NCBI GenBank assembly: GCA_963843975.1
Contig: CAWJMG010000003.1
Location: 150,001-182,000, forward strand
Direction of reading: 5' to 3'
Length of the DNA: 32,000 bases
DNA from: an uncultured Actinomycetes bacterium
Lineage (GTDB): Bacteria > Actinomycetota > Actinomycetes > S36-B12 > CAIYMF01
The notes beneath the pieces were generated by a model. That model saw nothing but the letters and a program-made list of their open reading frames with translations, made no database searches and was not told where the DNA came from. Below are positions 28,030-32,000 of this stretch, piece after piece. A program made the translations under genes and the position numbers. The number at the start of each line of letters is the position of its first letter. Within the stretch, counting starts at the first letter, position 1.

Positions 28030-28809
28030 GTGGGCGACGGGATCACACCGGGCGAGGAGTCGATCGAGGACGCCGTCGCACGGCTCAACCGCGAGTCCGC
28101 CGCCGCGCAGGCACGCGCCCGCGTCGAGCGCGACGCGCGTGATGACCGCCCTGCCCCACGCAGCGCGCCGCCTCCCCGGCCCGCGCAGCCGTCGGCATCG
28201 ACTAGCGCGCGGGTCCCTGCCGCCAACCCCGTGCCGGGCAACGTGCCGGGCCAGACGCCAGGTCCGTACCAGGCGGCGTACGGAGCCCTCTCCGCCGCGC
28301 TCGCCAAGCAGGGATGGACGGGCGCCGGCGTGCGCACGAGCCCCGGGTCCCCGGGGGGCGACGCGGTGCTCATCCCGTCGTACGCCGTCCAGCTGGCCTG
28401 GGGCCGCGTCATCGGCGGCGCGGTCGCGACCTTCATCGGCTTCCAGTTCTCGAGCTGGATCGTGGCGGCCCCGTTCAACCTGCTCTTCGTCGCGCCCGGC
28501 CTGATCTGGCTCGCCACCGGGCTGCTGCGGCTGCGCGGCGCCGGCCAGGAACGTGCCTGGGGCGACCACCACGGCCTGCACCTGGTGGACCGCAAGGGAG
28601 AGCGGGTCGTGCCCTGGCAGGACCTCTCCCGGGTCGAGGCCGTGCAGCGTGGCAGCAGCTCGGACAAGCGCCGTGCGCGGATCGAGCTGACGCTCGCGGA
28701 CGGCACGCGCCTGAAGCCCCGGATGTGGGACGGCGCCGTCACCAGCCAGGTGCGCGCCGTCGCCCACCTCATCGAGGCCGCCCGCGCCGGCTTCACCCGT
28801 CGAGGGTGA
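28030..28809 (+). CDS. Hypothetical membrane protein: Pro-rich N-terminal region, two TM helices, PH-like C-terminal domain
   Basis: GTG 28030 sits in the only protein-like frame. TM pair: VIGGAVATFIGFQFSSWIVAAPFNLLFVAPGLIWLATGLL. The C-terminus GLHLVDRKGERVVPWQDLSRVEA...ARIELTLADGTRLKP resembles bacterial PH domains. The start is uncertain. Confidence 0.55.
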   Translation: MGDGITPGEESIEDAVARLNRESAAAQARARVERDARDDRPAPRSAPPPRPAQPSASTSARVPAANPVPGNVPGQTPGPYQAAYGALSAALAKQGWTGAGVRTSPGSPGGDAVLIPSYAVQLAWGRVIGGAVATFIGFQFSSWIVAAPFNLLFVAPGLIWLATGLLRLRGAGQERAWGDHHGLHLVDRKGERVVPWQDLSRVEAVQRGSSSDKRRARIELTLADGTRLKPRMWDGAVTSQVRAVAHLIEAARAGFTRRG

Positions 28810-29022
28810 GTCAGCCGGGGAGTGCCGCTCGCTCAGCCCGCGGGGCGGACCGGCCGAGGTGCAGGCGGCGGACGGGTGCGCGAGCGCGTCGGACACGCGT
28901 CGAGGTCGGGCCTGTGGTGTCTCGTCGACGCGTGACCCTGCGCCGGGACTCCGGGGCTGCGCCGGCGTCGCCCGCTCGGCTCCGGCTCGTGGCTCGCGCG
29001 CGGCTGGTGGCAAGGTAGGCGC

Positions 29023-29976
29023 GTGCAGATCTGGCGTTCGCTCGACGAGGTACCGGCCGACCAGCCGGCATCGGTCGTCGCGATCGGCGTGTTCGACGGG
29101 GTGCACTACGGGCACCGGGTGGTCATCGGCAAGGCCGTGGCGCACGGCCGCGCGCTCGGGGCCCCGGTCGTCGTGATCACATTCGACCCGCACCCGGACG
29201 AGGTCGTGCGCCCCGGGACGCACCCGGGCCTGCTCTCGACGATCGAGCAGAGGTGCGAGCTGCTGGCCCAGATCGGCGCCGATGCCGTGTGCGTCGTTCC
29301 GTTCACCCAGGAGCTCGCGTCGATGACGCCGGAGGACTTCGTCGACCACGTGCTGGTCGAGCGGTTCCGCGCGCTCGCCGTCACCGTGGGGGAGAACTTC
29401 CGCTTCGGCCGCCGCGCCGCGGGCGACACCGAGACCCTCGCCGAGCTCGGCGCCGGGCGCGGCTTCGTCGTCGACGCCGAGCCGCTCGTCGCGGGCGAGG
29501 GCGGTGTCTGGTCCTCGACGTACATCCGCGGCCTGATCCGCGCGGGCGACGTCGCCTCGGCGGCGTACTCGCTCGGACGGCCGCACCGCGTCGAGGGCAC
29601 GGTCGTCCACGGCGACAAGCGCGGTCGCGACCTCGGCTTCCCGACCGCCAACCTCGCCACCACCCCGCACACGGCGATCCCGGCCGACGGCGTCTACGCC
29701 GCGTGGTTCCTGCTCGATCCCTACGGCGAGGCTCGGCGCTTCGGTGCTGCGGTGAGCGTCGGCACCAACCCGACCTTCGACGGCGTCGAGCGTCGCGTGG
29801 AGGCGTACGTCCTGGACGTCGAGGACTTCGACGTCTACGACCGGCACGTCGCGCTCGACTTCGTCGAGCGGATCCGCGGCCAGGTGCGCTTCGACGGCAT
29901 CGAGCCGCTGATCGCCCAGATGAACTCCGACGTCGCGGCGGCGCGCGTCGCCCTCGCCGGCTCGGCCGGTGGCTGA
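29023..29976 (+). CDS. ribF: Bifunctional riboflavin kinase / FMN adenylyltransferase
   Basis: AIGVFDGVHYGHRVVI (adenylyltransferase), VVITFDPHP, and GHGDKRGRDLGFPTANL ... RVEAYVLD (riboflavin kinase). Confidence 0.93.
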   Translation: MQIWRSLDEVPADQPASVVAIGVFDGVHYGHRVVIGKAVAHGRALGAPVVVITFDPHPDEVVRPGTHPGLLSTIEQRCELLAQIGADAVCVVPFTQELASMTPEDFVDHVLVERFRALAVTVGENFRFGRRAAGDTETLAELGAGRGFVVDAEPLVAGEGGVWSSTYIRGLIRAGDVASAAYSLGRPHRVEGTVVHGDKRGRDLGFPTANLATTPHTAIPADGVYAAWFLLDPYGEARRFGAAVSVGTNPTFDGVERRVEAYVLDVEDFDVYDRHVALDFVERIRGQVRFDGIEPLIAQMNSDVAAARVALAGSAGG

Positions 29977-31228
29977 GAGCCCTGAGGTCCGGGCCACCGA
30001 GCGGTGGTTCATCCGCCAGGGCCTCCCGCTCTTCGTCGAGGAGTACTCCGCCGGCCGTGACGTCTGGACCCGCGCGGTCCCGGCGCTCGTGGCCCTGTTC
30101 GTCGTCAGCGTCGTGTCGACCATCGCCGGTGCGCGCACCCTCGCTGGCGGGCTCGCCCTCGCAGCAGGTGTGGCCTTCGCGCTGGGGGGCTTCGTCCTGC
30201 TCAACCGTCGACGCGGCAGGCCGGGGCTCGCGCTGCCGCAGCACCTGGGTCTGCGCTGGGTCGCCGCGTTCGTCCTCGTCCCGTCGCTGCTGACCCTGGT
30301 CGCCGAGCGCAACCTGATGCTGTTCGTCAGCAGCCTTCTCGGCGGCGTCCTCCTCCTCGGCCTCGTGTACGTCGTGACCCGGTACGCCCTTGTCGCCCAG
30401 GTGTCGTGGGCCGTGCGGTGGACCTTCCGCCGGCTCTCGAGCGTCACGCGGCTCATCACCCGCGTGCTGCCGCTGATGCTGCTGTTCATCACCTTCCTGT
30501 TCATCAACACCGAGGTGTGGCAGGTCGCGGGCACGATGAGCGCCGCGGTGCTGTGGGGGAGCCTCGCGGTCTTCGCCGGCGTCGGCGTCCTGTTCATCGT
30601 CGGGCGGAGCCGCGAGGAGTTCCTCGACATCGAGGTGAGCACCGACCGCGACCACATCCTGGGCCTGACCCGTGGCACGCCCATCGAGCCCGCGGCCGCC
30701 GGCCTCAAGGGGCTCGAGGTGCCGGTGCCGATGCGTCGCAGCCAGCGGGCGAACCTCGTGGCGGTCATGGTCACGGCCCAGGCGGTGCAGGTGGGGCTCG
30801 TCGGGATCGTGGTGTGGGCCTTCTTCATCGTGTTCGGCACGGTGGCCATCAGCGCCGACGTGCAGGCGGCGTGGCTGGGCAGCCTGTCGCCCGTGGAGAC
30901 CCTGATCCCGCTCTGGGACGGGCACGGCGTCACCCGGCAGCTCCTGCGCGTCTCCACGTTCCTCGGCGGCTTCGCGGCCTTCTACGCCACCGTGTACGCC
31001 GCCAGCGACAGCCTCTACCGCGAGAACTTCCTCGCCCGGATCAGCGGGACGGTCGAGCGGGCGCTCGCAGTCCGGCGCGCGTACGTGGCGCTGCGCCGCC
31101 GGGAGGGCCTGGAGGTCGACGTCCCGCCGGAGGGGCTGCCCGAGCCCGACGGCGACGACCACCCCGGGCACGAGCACGGCGACCATGACGGTCTGCCCCC
31201 GGGCCGGGTGGGCCCTCGGGGCCTCTGA
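29969..31228 (+). CDS. Integral membrane protein of unknown function with His/Asp-rich C-terminal tail (419 aa)
   Basis: The GTG 29969 start codon lies 8 nt inside the 3' end of ribF. Several long hydrophobic segments (ALVALFVVSVVSTIAG, VLPLMLLFITFLFINTEVW, VGLVGIVVWAFFIVFGTVAI). The tail reads PEPDGDDHPGHEHGDHDG. Confidence 0.65.
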   Translation: MAESPEVRATERWFIRQGLPLFVEEYSAGRDVWTRAVPALVALFVVSVVSTIAGARTLAGGLALAAGVAFALGGFVLLNRRRGRPGLALPQHLGLRWVAAFVLVPSLLTLVAERNLMLFVSSLLGGVLLLGLVYVVTRYALVAQVSWAVRWTFRRLSSVTRLITRVLPLMLLFITFLFINTEVWQVAGTMSAAVLWGSLAVFAGVGVLFIVGRSREEFLDIEVSTDRDHILGLTRGTPIEPAAAGLKGLEVPVPMRRSQRANLVAVMVTAQAVQVGLVGIVVWAFFIVFGTVAISADVQAAWLGSLSPVETLIPLWDGHGVTRQLLRVSTFLGGFAAFYATVYAASDSLYRENFLARISGTVERALAVRRAYVALRRREGLEVDVPPEGLPEPDGDDHPGHEHGDHDGLPPGRVGPRGL

Positions 31229-31402
31229 CCTGCGGTTTCGTCATTCGGGGCCGCCGGGGGAGGGGCTGACGGCCGTTTTGGGGCCTCGGCGTGTCGCTGG
31301 TAGCCTGACCTACGACGACCGCGGGGTGGGCGCCCTGCGGATCGCGACTCTCGAGTGTCTGCGCGCCCGCGCGGACCGTGACGCGCCCACGAGGAATCCT
31401 GC

Positions 31403-31672
31403 ATGTCGCTCGACACCGCGACCAAGAACACGATCATCGCCGAGTACGCAACGACTCCTGGCGACACCGGCTCCCCCGAGGTCCAGATCGCGCTGCTGAC
31501 CCGCCGCATCAACGATCTGACGGAGCACCTGAAGACGCACAAGCACGACCACCACAGCCGCCGCGGTCTGCTGCTGCTCGTGGGTCAGCGTCGTCGCCTG
31601 CTCCAGTACCTCACCAAGAAGGACATCAACCGCTACCGCGCGATCATCGAGCGCCTCGGCATCCGCCGCTAG
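31403..31672 (+). CDS. rpsO: 30S ribosomal protein S15
   Basis: [70 protein letters not shown] is unmistakably S15. RBS GAGGAA lies upstream. Confidence 0.97.
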   Translation: MSLDTATKNTIIAEYATTPGDTGSPEVQIALLTRRINDLTEHLKTHKHDHHSRRGLLLLVGQRRRLLQYLTKKDINRYRAIIERLGIRR

Positions 31673-31681
31673 CCCGTGACA

Positions 31682-31713
31682 CAGGGGAGTGACCCGAGGG
31701 TCGCTCCCCTGTT
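31682..31713 (+). terminator. Stem-loop after rpsO (terminator/attenuator before the downstream leader)
   Basis: CAGGGGAGTGACC-CGAG-GGTCGCTCCCCTG: a 13-bp stem with one U.G pair and a 4-nt loop, followed by TT. It starts 10 nt after the TAG stop. Confidence 0.6.
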
Positions 31714-32000
31714 GCGCACCATCGCTGGGGTACAACCTCAGTGCACGGACGAACAACTGAACACCCGCAGCCGCTGACACGCAGCGACGCACCACAGGGA
31801 CGACCTGGGCGAACGCCCGAGGAGAGCACCTCCGTCGTCGGTCCTCGGTAGTGGCACCCGGGCTCGCCGCCCCCCGCGCAGGAGCGTGGGACCGGCCAGC
31901 CGCCCGGGCGCTTCGATCGAAGACCGGCCTCCTGCCGACTGGTGGGTACTCCCGCGCGTGACCCCTGGCGTCCCCTCACGAAAGAGGAGGGCACCCGTGG
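31714..32000 (+). promoter_or_regulatory. Long structured leader ending in a strong RBS and GTG at the window edge, presumably the pnp 5' UTR and start
   Basis: There is no protein-like ORF for ~280 nt. Stems present: CCGAGGA (31815-31821) / TCCTCGG (31841-31847), and the perfect palindrome CTTCGATCGAAG (31911-31922). GAGGAGG lies 6 nt before GTG 31997. pnp follows rpsO in most bacteria. Confidence 0.4.

Noticed and set aside
28810-29022. Possible FMN riboswitch or small gene in the ~210-bp gap upstream of ribF (including the 86-aa minus-strand ORF 28811..29071)
   Set aside because: I could not recognise the conserved FMN-riboswitch core, and ribF is not a usual riboswitch target. The ORF translation is Arg-rich junk.
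27838-30957. 1039-aa minus-strand ORF, with similar long antisense or out-of-frame ORFs at 867..2204, 2873..4510, 4161..6227, 10564..11826, 11829..13499, 13586..15043, 15444..17684, 21135..23045 and 25101..26738
   Set aside because: The translations are Arg/Pro/Gly/Ala-rich with no recognisable domains. They lie antisense to, or out of frame with, genes that have clear family motifs. Stop-free alternative frames are expected at this GC content.
31249-31279. Intrinsic terminator after the membrane protein gene (GGCCG...CGGCC followed by GTTTT)
   Set aside because: The stem is only 5 bp with a 16-nt loop, which is too weak to annotate confidently.

Overview
Very GC-rich actinobacterial chromosomal segment; the order (Micrococcales/Cellulomonas-like) is only an inference from gene content and order. 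It carries the conserved housekeeping backbone dxr - site-2 protease (rseP/rip1-like) - ispG ... proS ... rimP-nusA-ylxR-infB-DUF503-rbfA-nrnA-truB ... ribF ... rpsO, followed by a probable pnp leader. Many gene junctions are 4-nt ATGA/GTGA start/stop overlaps. I recognised no rRNA, tRNA, CRISPR array or transposase by eye. Small accessory islets interrupt the backbone. (1) Two tandem GNAT acetyltransferase paralogs are bracketed by a ~62-bp hairpin-forming inverted repeat. (2) A two-gene operon couples a minimal MNT-like nucleotidyltransferase to a stand-alone degenerate GyrA/ParC breakage-reunion domain protein. It diverges from a 72-aa ORF with histidines on a heptad repeat, across an AT-rich palindromic promoter region. 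This is my best candidate for an undescribed system. (3) A DUF222/HNH (REP13E12-like) gene with an SOS-box-like palindrome at its start, plus a DinB-family gene. (4) A cupin gene plus a Pro-rich membrane protein gene. Two essential genes, dxr and infB, each carry an apparent single extra C that breaks the reading frame as sequenced. The many long Arg/Pro/Gly-rich antisense ORFs in the track are high-GC artefacts.
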